A stretch of 64,000 nt of DNA from a virus: the IMG/VR virus record IMGVR_UViG_3300020438_005287, positions 5,661-69,660 of that record; one strand, 5' to 3'. Shown piece by piece: positions 50,701-56,134 of this stretch. Below the pieces are notes generated by a model. That model was not told where the DNA came from. It saw only the letters and a program-made list of their open reading frames with translations, and did no database searches. Position 1 is the stretch's first letter. Each line of letters opens with the position of its first letter. Position numbers and translations under genes: made by a program.

Positions 50701-52029
50701 ATTATATTTTGACCATAAATTACCGTCTCCACTTGATTTATTGATGGTTATATAATCTTTTGCTACTGGAAATCCTAAGGCTTCAGAGAACGGATAAAAA
50801 TCAAATCTAGTACCATCAAATTCTACTTCAATATCAGATGTAAACAAACCACTTACTAATAAATCCTCTTGGTGTATTAACTTTATAGCCTTACCTACAC
50901 CTTCTACATACCATTCTCCACTAGCGTATTTTTCACTTAGTACATTACCGACAAATTTTACTTTCATTCCATTTGAAAAATTCCAATTATTAGTTGTAGT
51001 ATATGTTTTTTTACCAATTATTTCTTTCTCAACATCTATTTCGGTATTTTCTATAATGTCATTTATACGAAATAATCCAGATACGTTTGGATCGCTTTGC
51101 GATATATAATACAAATAATCAGGTGCATTTTCCGGAACAGTGAATTCTATAACTCCTTTTTCGACGAAAATTGTTTTTGGGGAAAAGAATCCTTCATCAT
51201 TAAATTCTGTAAACCCTGTTTCATATACAAAATTTTGTATACCAGTGCTATATATTAAATCTGTATTTTCGTCAGTTTTATATAAAGTTAAATCAAAATT
51301 ACCTTGAGATCTTACTCCAGCTTGTGTTTCAACAAGTGTAGTTGACCCTGGAATAAAACTCTTATTTGTTGCAAAAGCAATAGGATAATTTGGAGTGTCT
51401 ATTTCAAAACGATACTTTTGTCCTCTAAATAACTTAATTGTAGGATTATCAGTTACTCCATCTGGTGTAAACAAATATGTAATATTATCTGCATTGTTCT
51501 TTAAACCAATTGTATATGTGCTTTGTACATCCTTAGATTGACCAGCTACATTAATAACAGCAGGCCCAACGGGCATCCAATAATATTCACGGAAATTTAC
51601 AAATTTATCCCAATCAATGTGTGGATTCCATGAATAATATTCCTGTGAATTTGTATCATTATGATTAATTGGATCATTACCATATAATTTTAAAGTGTTT
51701 ATATAATCATTATAATCTGCATAAAATTTTATATTTCCAAGCTCATCTTTTATTATGCTCGCTGGTTCTAATTGATAATTTTCTCTATCGTCAGTGATAT
51801 CCCCTATATAAGTATCTGTTGATGAAAAAGCTTTTGCATTTTTTCGACCATAGTAACCATTAATTTTTTCTGCTACACCAGGCTGCATTAACCTGTCTAA
51901 TGTAGCATTCAAAAACTTATTGTTAAACTGGGTGCGAAAATATTTTGGTAAATGATTTTTTACCTTTCTTTTGTAATTTTTATTTCCACCCGGAAGTGCC
52001 GGTTCTAGTTGATTGTCTTCAAATGCCAT
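35761..52029 (-). CDS. Giant (5422 aa) baseplate wedge protein, gp7-like, with FG-GAP beta-propeller and CBM-like modules
   Basis: Directly downstream of gp6. N-terminal LPKYF, YQEKGT..SL and EVKPFKAK motifs of wedge proteins, FG-GAP blades (YGRSV...IVGAP), GxGY repeats and GDGSTS-type Ig-like repeats. Confidence 0.75.
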   Translation of the reverse strand: MAFEDNQLEPALPGGNKNYKRKVKNHLPKYFRTQFNNKFLNATLDRLMQPGVAEKINGYYGRKNAKAFSSTDTYIGDITDDRENYQLEPASIIKDELGNIKFYADYNDYINTLKLYGNDPINHNDTNSQEYYSWNPHIDWDKFVNFREYYWMPVGPAVINVAGQSKDVQSTYTIGLKNNADNITYLFTPDGVTDNPTIKLFRGQKYRFEIDTPNYPIAFATNKSFIPGSTTLVETQAGVRSQGNFDLTLYKTDENTDLIYSTGIQNFVYETGFTEFNDEGFFSPKTIFVEKGVIEFTVPENAPDYLYYISQSDPNVSGLFRINDIIENTEIDVEKEIIGKKTYTTTNNWNFSNGMKVKFVGNVLSEKYASGEWYVEGVGKAIKLIHQEDLLVSGLFTSDIEVEFDGTRFDFYPFSEALGFPVAKDYITINKSSGDGNLWSKYNRWIHKDVIKKSLELNGQAFVLDQAARAKRPIIEFNDGIRLHNFGTHAKQSIDLIDTFTTDAFSIVEGSLGYNIDSVDLVAGMRIMFVADTDPMVYGKIYKVKLLTVNNRTQITLIEDEDTDPLIDETVLVTKGTLNGGKIFYYNGTQWKTAQAKTKVNQSPLFDMYDGTDIQFNDSVNYQYSQFNGNKIFCYADAVGTNDEELGFPVLYKNIVNTGDIVFSFDLVTKSFVYNSSNQVLTQSTDQGFVRIYNDRTQYQLSNGWAIGEFDSSQNVIKQEIAAENQEYFALDMYDETDFLDHAWYRIYKNNVIQKKDTDYVIYANANDRKFLQFLPSCKQGDVILIKIRSKYQKNNNGYYEIPGNLEKNPLNNNLTDFTLGEVNDHLSTIVEEIDNFDGVYPGLSNIRDLGEISKYGKKFQAHSALFNLVSYHLSNESSNVISAVNFAKTEYSKFKRNFLTTADTLGFDGRTKPHVDNIIAQMNIDKTSDMPFYFSDMLPQVGVLTSSTTLVDTDQTYFPLNQVFSQSELGKRAVSVYRNGNLSLYGIDYTFDVDGFVVYTGYKQVDDVIEIYEYDSTHGSYIPPTPTKLGLYPKFTPKIYIDTFIGNNGQNNPTVNQADTYAEIGYVDSGYSFSYSVKPFQIYGQPVGNQYNSDSAGWAYPCYTNILDAKNKDTALGGSGQAVLYKFEGLDRPFFMPTTDQNIGQYESNDYEKWDEGIVIIQGHDGSRIPAFLDYKDNLLLELEKRIYNNCKMHYDTTFFDINDFIDGLYRKVGGPAKKLNNALLSDFIDWTQLVNGKYSDNIYFDLNNSSTYNYGTLSFSNAESMPGWINQIYRYVYDTDRPNTHPWEMLGFSQEPSWWQTQYGKPPYTSNNLIMWEDLSKGIIRQPTFTINSKYIRPDLLEKIPVDADGNLRSPSQANLPYQITNRFLQDGFKFGDGAPIENAWRHSSDYPFSLLKSFIINKPCKVFATAFDRSRQKRNIAGQLVYGDTLGTFIKLSNLIFPNTVKDTNEVYTSGLINYIIEYKNQEFSESIEEYKEEIKSITNQLAFKIGGFTEKEKFKIILDSRTPLNQGNVFIPENNYKIFSNSSAVVKEIVYSGVIIEKQAAGFYVKGYDSVLPNFKYHKPIPKTTDPVINVGGVSAAFITWDVNKFYATDTIVKNSLNSKFYRCIETHTSTGEIDLTKFVELPELPTQGGVALTYRKVFEDNVSTLNYDTLFTEIQDVVDFLLGYGQYLELQGFSFSTFNENVYEVSDWFLSANQFVFWTTQNWAAGAVISLSPGAGKINFQDPNFTVGNVISNRNNYSILKANGKTLGKENLRFFKDDDNTFSAEVINTTSGIYLIKLPLITTEHTVLLDNKTDFNDTIYNITPGYRQDRIKVAGYRTAGWNGSVNLSGFVYDDATLTEWKQWNDYAIGSLVKHKEFYYIARRKIAGSLLFDSKEWYQLDAPPESSLLPNFDYKVKQFTDFYSLDSDNFDSEQQKMAQHLIGYQKRKYLQNIINDDVSQYKFYQGYIQEKGTRNSLTKLFDVLASANKDSLEFYEEWAIRDGQYGATDTFEEVEYILDEDKFKLTPQPILLTDYITGRETDLIYRIPKYEVYTAPVGYDHKPFPTTYIQNTYVKNSGYVHPDDVTHILGTYDDILTIDPTLLKINDYVWVGNVDKSWNVYKFKNAEYIIDNIVTFDHSTDTFGVELTETPINLQINDIVYIQQITKINYDDSANSSFSKSIVQGFFKIKSIILNVIEFESTSTFVGLVGSEKFGSCTGIFGIFNSVRVADFEKANRLAENHLDKNDKIWIDKDGNEKWTVLQNQNNFVEGYEVTNPESGSTKFANSYDVESRNTILVIGAENDGNGKVYIYNRAAQNQAWQLSEILEPNLDIATSQSYGRSVCLSADGRYLIVGAPTASNVKTKFIGSYSTTASYNADDVVSYANRFWAARSNFVQDLSNITFSSFQNYNDIFTSIGLDASGSEDIPFLLTGNYPFTESSSQTNTIDHYLIKAPKNVYDAITINDTIVLNWNQLTNANQTQTSLLSRQPFNGTVSNFNETHIDGTHTITAKVETILTVNNYINLPVAGDVVTSGNSAGRIAYRHQLGSDVTMYINDVSGNFTSEPVKDISIGTDTLIGTYVVQAPTETTDTSAYLFGYLMIPMPNDSNGVQQTYNISAQTPTINDSGRGLVITDIIRQNTTSTRYYYNVLDTKTVISNSFNTDHSLLVKISGQSGIGPFNSTVKPISSYWMLRVPKALSDSKTVGDSFAIYFNNLAKTVSTLKVKNISINLPPTLVVGETLTQENTGASAQVYSTNVVVDELSPINAREYTIELVAVSSTTFNFADRLIGSQSGDVDIKPVSLPVITPLIQPSDISIPNNVATAAVQTIYDVWDGYIDYEITEFFYDGNPFEPIAKYVFVENSDLQLNSLAQNNIGQIVRDRNTGATAEVLYYQRNGNSCRIYVRNVIGTWSIGEDFGDTQEIEMTVYAAGPNPDLLGRPNIYTVDRTLGKIKSVSLGYDSAGIGKLFVFQGPLNQPFAETIDANTGELLQELKGLEYWFYTQTTLSGVTQNIQIPNDTSLSWIPKYKLEVDSTATATNYQNLGICYVYQRTNANFILTSILLPSEFKSNHYFGTKSKVTSYKNLRRGFILASDGETVSEAGKMYFFKDGVDNNITYAWEFAKNKKFRGEFSTSTNYLTGDIVYIDNTSAGQLYTAKTNITAGVFDIQSWSLNNTLIDYVGSIPNTTSFTVRDDSDTDSALDTTQMYDFGTDFDISDDGEVLIVVAKYTSMSNKITVYRNNNGFYQWSQNLTIDDATAEYGRSVSINNDGTTIVVGAPAADTIKLDQGAVYVYSQVNGVFTLQQTLYSPQNTQAELFGYKVSCDKNKIIVNAKNGGIEVTTTFDKNTTLLDQQFTYFAYENDDNGTIYVYEKTNNTYVYGDQLSYTTSDSTPIYYFGRSCLLINNHIYTSLPSITDSEGKLGKILDYNISGDIYQSIRNAKDTVDVKKIKRIILYNKKTKKLLKYLDYIDPLQGKIAGVAEQNLSYKLYYDPAVYTSATMGNLRVDQTDRWDAKNVGKLWWDLNNSKFYYPYQGDVTFAVNYWGDSFLSNTADIYEWVESDYLPSQWDALADTNEGLSQGISGTTKYGDSAYSSIRKYDSISQTFSNKYFYWVKNKKTIPQREGRTLSSESVSNLILNPADQGYQFVGLINNDKFAIYNCEQLLENKDVIISFQYYTSDNHNQNVHTQYSIITDNYTSKPKSNIDKKWIDSLVGFDTYGRPVPDYTLPEKEKYGNLFKPRQSWFVNREEALKQYIERVNRVLQNSLIIDSKDLTPLTTSDPYPASTSRVYDVKLDTLEDLNVYGVSNFKPAVLSTTTQNGKIIEVVITDPGRGYLVVPTYTIVGNGTDAELEFTINENGALNSVTIVNQGKNYPITTQIQIRKFAVLIENDESLNNKWAIYEREILLNKWQRIQSQGFNVNLYWEYIDWYQQGYNSFTEINYNVDYSYQLYGLEDNIGDIVKINYIGSGGWLLLLKIDNQVNVDYTVNYSTIGRQSGTIKFKESLYNSSVSYNNFDLISFDTQMYDGIPSTEIRTIIETIRDNIFTNEFLIEYNKLFFASIRYVLAEQNYVDWIFKTSFVRAIHNVGEFVEDSTFNNANLPSYQEYVNEVKPFKAKIREYISSYEKLEPTATLTTDFDLAPQFNPITNSIEPFAIKYQNGMLTGSDVLTSYPEKSWIDNIGVGIKEIQVSDGGTGYQNVPKLKFTSTSGTGLEAEVSLGSNGVITAVNVKNSGYGYLAAPEILIQGTQEPDSVPAKLSVILDKPSMRSLLTGIKFDRVSGQFEILDLNVIQNFTASGSKYILDLTWPIDLNKNNITVTVDNIDLLTSEYSYTNVIDATKTYNRYFGRITLTLPPASGKIIKVVYKKNIDLLSAADRINLFYNPSVGQYGKDVSQLMDGVDYGGVEVKSFDFGKQSGWDEADWFAGEYDTYDTTYVDHVHTFIERDVTISTTNGNNIITTQNKSYFVIGALVTASGIPSNTFVNSIGSTGPNFEITLSAAAILTGTNINGTLFYNKTITLSSALESTVEYHLYKNGIRLDDPAWVDSSSVVSNPNAIMKSITGDGTTTVVNLEQLGIITVPNDTIIVRKNTSDGSFLPTNIDYDTILSGGALNYSNATGVAAEDIVVDGEGFITPVNCKGPEEVVPGQVQDTLDIQVFERPTGGCSEIITHNFSGDGTTKTFLINDLFYEKNIIVKIDNVITDQFTFDHSKNTLTFILAPSNGSKINITTLGYSGIKFLDIDKFVADGNTSSFLTNIRYSDAVTGLVTIDGKIVDHTIRKSDDSSFDRQDNVVINVGNPPQQGKIVKFALFDGTIKDYSIVAIDNFTYTDSSQFSLSQNPFTVEPDEWQILVKVNNKILNAGYVETFTLTEVRQYRLKLHQVAEQSVNNNQLRVFLNNKEINYLDDWTFQGSSEYNPLLADDSQSGSTITLNVGVGDVGDKLKIYINGLDDSTPSGGDYRFGYFEADGTFIKTPGILHVSTSLSTNDKITVYQFSNNDSQRLDRQSFDIKERTELTPGTFVNTSTHIMDGSTAVINLDFELIGNRKYAIFKNNIRLDDPNYGTAYQLNNNAIINTIIGNGTKIINLNNLGITVVDNDYIEIAEIDADFAYDSTTADWYEFRQIRNGIIPLEYPVIDDQYVWVILNGVLLDASVDYYALPSKQQIKVLKTITDNDTLEVLHFSNTKLKSKYGWRQFKDILNRNHYKALAKANGCALAKDLNWYDRSIEVINHENLPVPNENSKYPGVLFINGERIEYFIKDGNLLKQLRRGTLGTGIKDNHSAGTEIIDQSVNNTVPYKDETITTIFTGDGSTSIYSLDFTPVSGVNGFEVFVAGKRLRKNSIQSYQLDTLLRTSYGTSTETVSQDSPEGDITLPAEFTLTSSNELQLLNTPETGQKIIVIRKQGKQWSDTGVSLSNSNSDIVNFLQSKQVDLPR

Positions 52030-52043
52030 TAATATTTTCCTGT

Positions 52044-55000
52044 TTAATATCCGCTGCTACTACTTGATCCTGAACTACTACTTGATCCTGAACTACTACT
52101 TGATCCTGAACTACTACTTGATGCCGAACTGCTGGTTGATGTAGAGGTTGTTGTATTCACAGCCGATGTAGTACCCGACACTAATGCACTTGAATAGTTT
52201 GATGCAGTGCTAGTAGTTGAGGTCACACTTGCTGCACTTTGTATTCCTGTATTAATGTATCCGGTATTTGTCACTACTGATCCTGTAGAGTTCAGTCTAC
52301 TTGCGGTTACGGCATCTATTATGTTAATATCATCAACCGTTATACCACTGATAAAAATTTCGTCTGTTTCGGATTTTATTTCATATAAACTTCCAAATGA
52401 TTGATTTGCTTGTAACGGCACTAATACAATTGTTACAATTGTAGGAGCAAGTTGTTGCATAATATATGCACTCAGTTCGGAAAAATAAAAAGTTTCTCCA
52501 AACTCCCAATTTTCTAAAGCAAAATATTGATTGATTTTATTCACTGCAGATGTTTTAATTTCATTATTATCTAGCACAAGATCAGGGTTTTTTACAATTT
52601 TTAACGATGCTTGTAAATTTGTATCTGCTTTATTACCAAAAAGAATCCGATATTTGGCTGAATGATAAATTATTTCATCAGTTAATGATTTAATATTATT
52701 TACTGATGAACCAAATTGCACAAATAATGAATCTGAGGATGCTGGTAATGGCTTAGAAGTGCTGACTCCATTTAGATACTGCCGGAAACTCTTATCATAA
52801 CTTCTTGTCAACAAATATGTATCTATTATGTTTGTGACACTAGGGTCAATCCTACTATTATCATCTGCTGCATGAACATACTGAAAACGTATTTTATCTC
52901 TTCCATAAAAAGCTTTGTAATCACTCGTTAAAGTAAGTGTGGTAGTAGTTTTGTTAAAAGTTTCAAAAATGTCTTCTTCGATGTAATAAAATTTTTGTCC
53001 ATCATCATACACACTCAGTGCTCCAACTGATGCCTTATTTTGAAAAATTTTAATATTTTCTATAACATTATCAACATAATTATAATCCTCAACACCGTCA
53101 GTAGTTAACAACTTTTTTTGAAAAATCAATTTGGTTGAATTTAGTGGGCCGATTATTTCTTCAAATATTTCTGGATTATCTACTACTCCATCGTCGTCAC
53201 TATCGAAAAAATACACTTGTATTTTACTAGTGTTTACATATCCGCCGGCATCCCTAAATTGTGCTGTGACTTGCCAATCAAAATCTATTGTAAATTTATC
53301 TAGACTACCTGGTTTATTGTTATTATTTAAAATTGTAATTTTATCTTTAACAATTTTTCCTGTTTTATTGTTGTAAATTTTATCTGTATCATCATAATAA
53401 AATCTAATTTCTTTCTCACTTTCAAAAATGTATCTAGAAGCCCTTGTAGTGATAGTATATTTTTCATTATCTGTAGTAAATTTTAATATCCAACTGCTAT
53501 CTAACTTTTGATTTGAATTATCTCCTGTTTTTCCAACACTAAATGAATTTACCACATCTAAATTTGCTTCTGTTATTAACCGCCATTGTCTTAAATCTCT
53601 ATCAAATCTAAGGCCAAATGTTAAATTAGCATAGGCTTGATCAATAATATTTGTTTGTACATCAGATGTAAGCACTTTTGGTATAGAGGGCAAAATTACA
53701 CTTAATTTAGCACCTGTAGGTATTATGTCATTCAACATAACTGGTCCTGTGCCGTCAGCTGCAACTATGATTCCATTGTCATTTATTGATATTACTTTTA
53801 CCCATTTGTAAGTAACTGCATTGGCATGATCTACTGCTCCTGTCATTAGTGTATGGCTGTTATCTGCCATAAAATGTTTGCCTGTTGGAGCGATAAATTT
53901 TACACTACAACCTGCTGTCAAATTTTTAAGTATGCCATCACTTTTATTACCTATCATCTGCTTGATATTATTTTCGTTTTCAAAATACCCAGTATTTAAA
54001 TTTGTATCTGAAGTGCTTTGATACCAAAAAATGTTTAAATCAGATACATCTATTTTAGTGTATTCATTAAAATAAAAATTACTTATATAGTCGCTTGCAA
54101 TAATAGGTTCTATTATATTGGCTATTATTCCTTCTATATCTGTTTTTGTTGAAAAAGTAAAATTCTGTGTTGTTAAATAATTTTCTCTATAAAGGATGCC
54201 ATCTAAGCCAAACAAATTTGTTTTACTATATTTGCCTGTTGAATCTGTTAAATCAAAATATCTTGAAATGCCACTTGCAATTCTATTCACACTTTTTGTT
54301 TTAACTATTTCTTGATTAACATTTAATAAGCCAATTTGATAATCTTCTGCTGTTATTAATCTATTTTGTGTATAATATGTAGCTGGAGCATTTTGTTTAA
54401 TACTAGCATTACTTTCTGCTGGTACAGCATTATCAACAGTGTACAATAGTTCAAAAGTAAAGTTTAAAGTTTCTTCTTTTCCTACCACACTCGTGTAGGG
54501 TACGCTTATACTCACCCCTGTTAAGTCACGTGGCTTTATAACAATATTATCATTCCTTGATGCTCGAAAATATGTTTGAAAACTACCTACTGGTAAATTT
54601 CCAAAAACACCATCTGAAAAAACAAAGCTTATTTTATCATCTAATCTAGTAAGAACGGTGTAAATATCTCGTACATTTTTATTTAAACTATTGTAAATTA
54701 TATTATTACCTTCAATTGCATCAACTTTTGTCCACAACCTATCAAATGTAAGATCTGTATTTAAACTGTATAACCATACATCATCATTGTTAATATTTGC
54801 TGCATCAATTGATACAATCTGATTAGGTACTGCATTTGTTATATTAAAAGTTCCTTGATCTAATGTACCTTGCTTGAACAATACAAAAAATCCTGTTGAA
54901 GAACTTCCAGCACCTTGACTGTCATTCCTATATAAGATTGAAAAATTATTCCCTGGTAATGGCGGTTCTTCTGTAATATTTTGATTGAGCATTGTAGACA

Positions 55001-55646
55001 CAATTTCACACTTAATATTATTACCGTCTATGAAACGAGTAAAAGGAAAAATTGGTACACTTGTAGCACTTGATGTTCTTATCCTATATCTTTCTGTAGT
55101 TACATTATCAATTGTGTCTTTCTGAACCGGCTTGCCAAAATTTTCAGTTTCTGTAAAAGCTCTATTGAGTATTTTTATAAATTGTTCATACCAATTACTA
55201 TTTGTTGGATCATTCCAAATTATAGTTTGATCTCTCAAATTATTATTATTAGTATCAATGATATCCTCTGTACTGCTTACAGAAGATATTTTCAACAATC
55301 CGCTTGCAGAAATATTCCTTTTTGGTGTATAGTTTACCAATCTAGCTAATCGTAATATGCTTTCACGTCTTTCAGCAAGTTCTAAAAAATTTTCTCTTGC
55401 ATTAAGATCTATCCTAAAGGCCAAATTTTGACCTAAATATGCAATTAAATCCACCAGTGCAATATATTCTGAACTTTCTATGTAATCATTAAAATCTTCA
55501 GGATAATTATCCCTTAGATAATTGATCATTGTTCTACGCAAATTATCAAAGTCGTAATTCTTAAAATCTGCATTCCTATATGATTGGTAGATGCGCTTCC
55601 AATCTTCGGCAAGCAACAGTCTATTTTGCCTATCAGTTGATGACAT
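52044..55646 (-). CDS. gp6: Baseplate wedge subunit gp6-like, with Ser-rich C-terminal tail
   Basis: DFDNLR..MINYL, FNDYIESSE, ENFLELAERRESILRLARLVNY.PKR, FSDGVFG.LP, ES..SIKQNAP..YYTQNRLITAEDY. Start at ATG 55646 (AGGA SD). Confidence 0.85.
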   Translation of the reverse strand: MSSTDRQNRLLLAEDWKRIYQSYRNADFKNYDFDNLRRTMINYLRDNYPEDFNDYIESSEYIALVDLIAYLGQNLAFRIDLNARENFLELAERRESILRLARLVNYTPKRNISASGLLKISSVSSTEDIIDTNNNNLRDQTIIWNDPTNSNWYEQFIKILNRAFTETENFGKPVQKDTIDNVTTERYRIRTSSATSVPIFPFTRFIDGNNIKCEIVSTMLNQNITEEPPLPGNNFSILYRNDSQGAGSSSTGFFVLFKQGTLDQGTFNITNAVPNQIVSIDAANINNDDVWLYSLNTDLTFDRLWTKVDAIEGNNIIYNSLNKNVRDIYTVLTRLDDKISFVFSDGVFGNLPVGSFQTYFRASRNDNIVIKPRDLTGVSISVPYTSVVGKEETLNFTFELLYTVDNAVPAESNASIKQNAPATYYTQNRLITAEDYQIGLLNVNQEIVKTKSVNRIASGISRYFDLTDSTGKYSKTNLFGLDGILYRENYLTTQNFTFSTKTDIEGIIANIIEPIIASDYISNFYFNEYTKIDVSDLNIFWYQSTSDTNLNTGYFENENNIKQMIGNKSDGILKNLTAGCSVKFIAPTGKHFMADNSHTLMTGAVDHANAVTYKWVKVISINDNGIIVAADGTGPVMLNDIIPTGAKLSVILPSIPKVLTSDVQTNIIDQAYANLTFGLRFDRDLRQWRLITEANLDVVNSFSVGKTGDNSNQKLDSSWILKFTTDNEKYTITTRASRYIFESEKEIRFYYDDTDKIYNNKTGKIVKDKITILNNNNKPGSLDKFTIDFDWQVTAQFRDAGGYVNTSKIQVYFFDSDDDGVVDNPEIFEEIIGPLNSTKLIFQKKLLTTDGVEDYNYVDNVIENIKIFQNKASVGALSVYDDGQKFYYIEEDIFETFNKTTTTLTLTSDYKAFYGRDKIRFQYVHAADDNSRIDPSVTNIIDTYLLTRSYDKSFRQYLNGVSTSKPLPASSDSLFVQFGSSVNNIKSLTDEIIYHSAKYRILFGNKADTNLQASLKIVKNPDLVLDNNEIKTSAVNKINQYFALENWEFGETFYFSELSAYIMQQLAPTIVTIVLVPLQANQSFGSLYEIKSETDEIFISGITVDDINIIDAVTASRLNSTGSVVTNTGYINTGIQSAASVTSTTSTASNYSSALVSGTTSAVNTTTSTSTSSSASSSSSGSSSSSGSSSSSGSSSSSGY
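52057..52128. repeat. 18-bp tandem repeat CTACTACTTGATCCTGAA: 3 exact copies plus 1 with 2 mismatches; encodes (SGSSSS)n
   Basis: Read directly from the sequence at the 3' end of the gp6-like gene. Confidence 0.95.
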
Positions 55647-55665
55647 TTTCAATATCCTTTTTTGT

Positions 55666-55673
55666 TATTTATC
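55666..55673 (-). promoter_or_regulatory. Late promoter GATAAATA
   Basis: Intergenic between gp25 and gp6, 19 nt upstream of ATG 55646. Confidence 0.6.
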
Positions 55674-55693
55674 GTGATAATAAAACACACATT

Positions 55694-56134
55694 TTATGAC
55701 GATAAGAAGCCAGCATCTGCATCAAACTTCATACGCATTTTTTCTTTTATGCTATATTGTAAATATACTATATCTATTTCTATACTGATCCCAGTTTCGT
55801 AATTGTCAACAAGTAAATTATCAAGCCTTACCCTTGGATCATTTGAAATGATTCCCTTTACATTTTCTGTAATTAATCTTATTGTTTGTTCTGTATATGG
55901 TTCAAAAAGCATATCCCATATAATAGTACCGAATCTTGGATCACTTAGTTTTTCGCCCTGCCTAATATGGAAATGATTGATAATATCTTGCTTTATCAAT
56001 GCTATATCATATAAACTTACACTATTTGATTCAGGATTTACTGTTGACAATCCTTTGTAGGTTTTGCGATTGTAATCAAACTTATTCTGTTGTGTAGTAT
56101 TAACCTCAACTTGTTTATATAAATCCTGCTGCAT
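55694..56134 (-). CDS. gp25: Baseplate wedge subunit gp25-like
   Basis: DIALIKQDIINHFHIRQGEKLSDPRFGTIIWDMLFEP...DPRV matches the gp25/GPW signature. Confidence 0.9.
   Translation of the reverse strand: MQQDLYKQVEVNTTQQNKFDYNRKTYKGLSTVNPESNSVSLYDIALIKQDIINHFHIRQGEKLSDPRFGTIIWDMLFEPYTEQTIRLITENVKGIISNDPRVRLDNLLVDNYETGISIEIDIVYLQYSIKEKMRMKFDADAGFLSS

Noticed and set aside
35761-52029. Recurring D-S-(S/T) tripeptides in the giant protein as a glycosylation sequon
   Set aside because: A rough count of DS dipeptides seems only slightly above expectation for a D/S-rich protein; it cannot be supported without a proper statistical test.
52057-52128. Possible CRISPR or mini-array
   Set aside because: The repeats are contiguous with no spacers, are in frame and encode a Ser/Gly tail.
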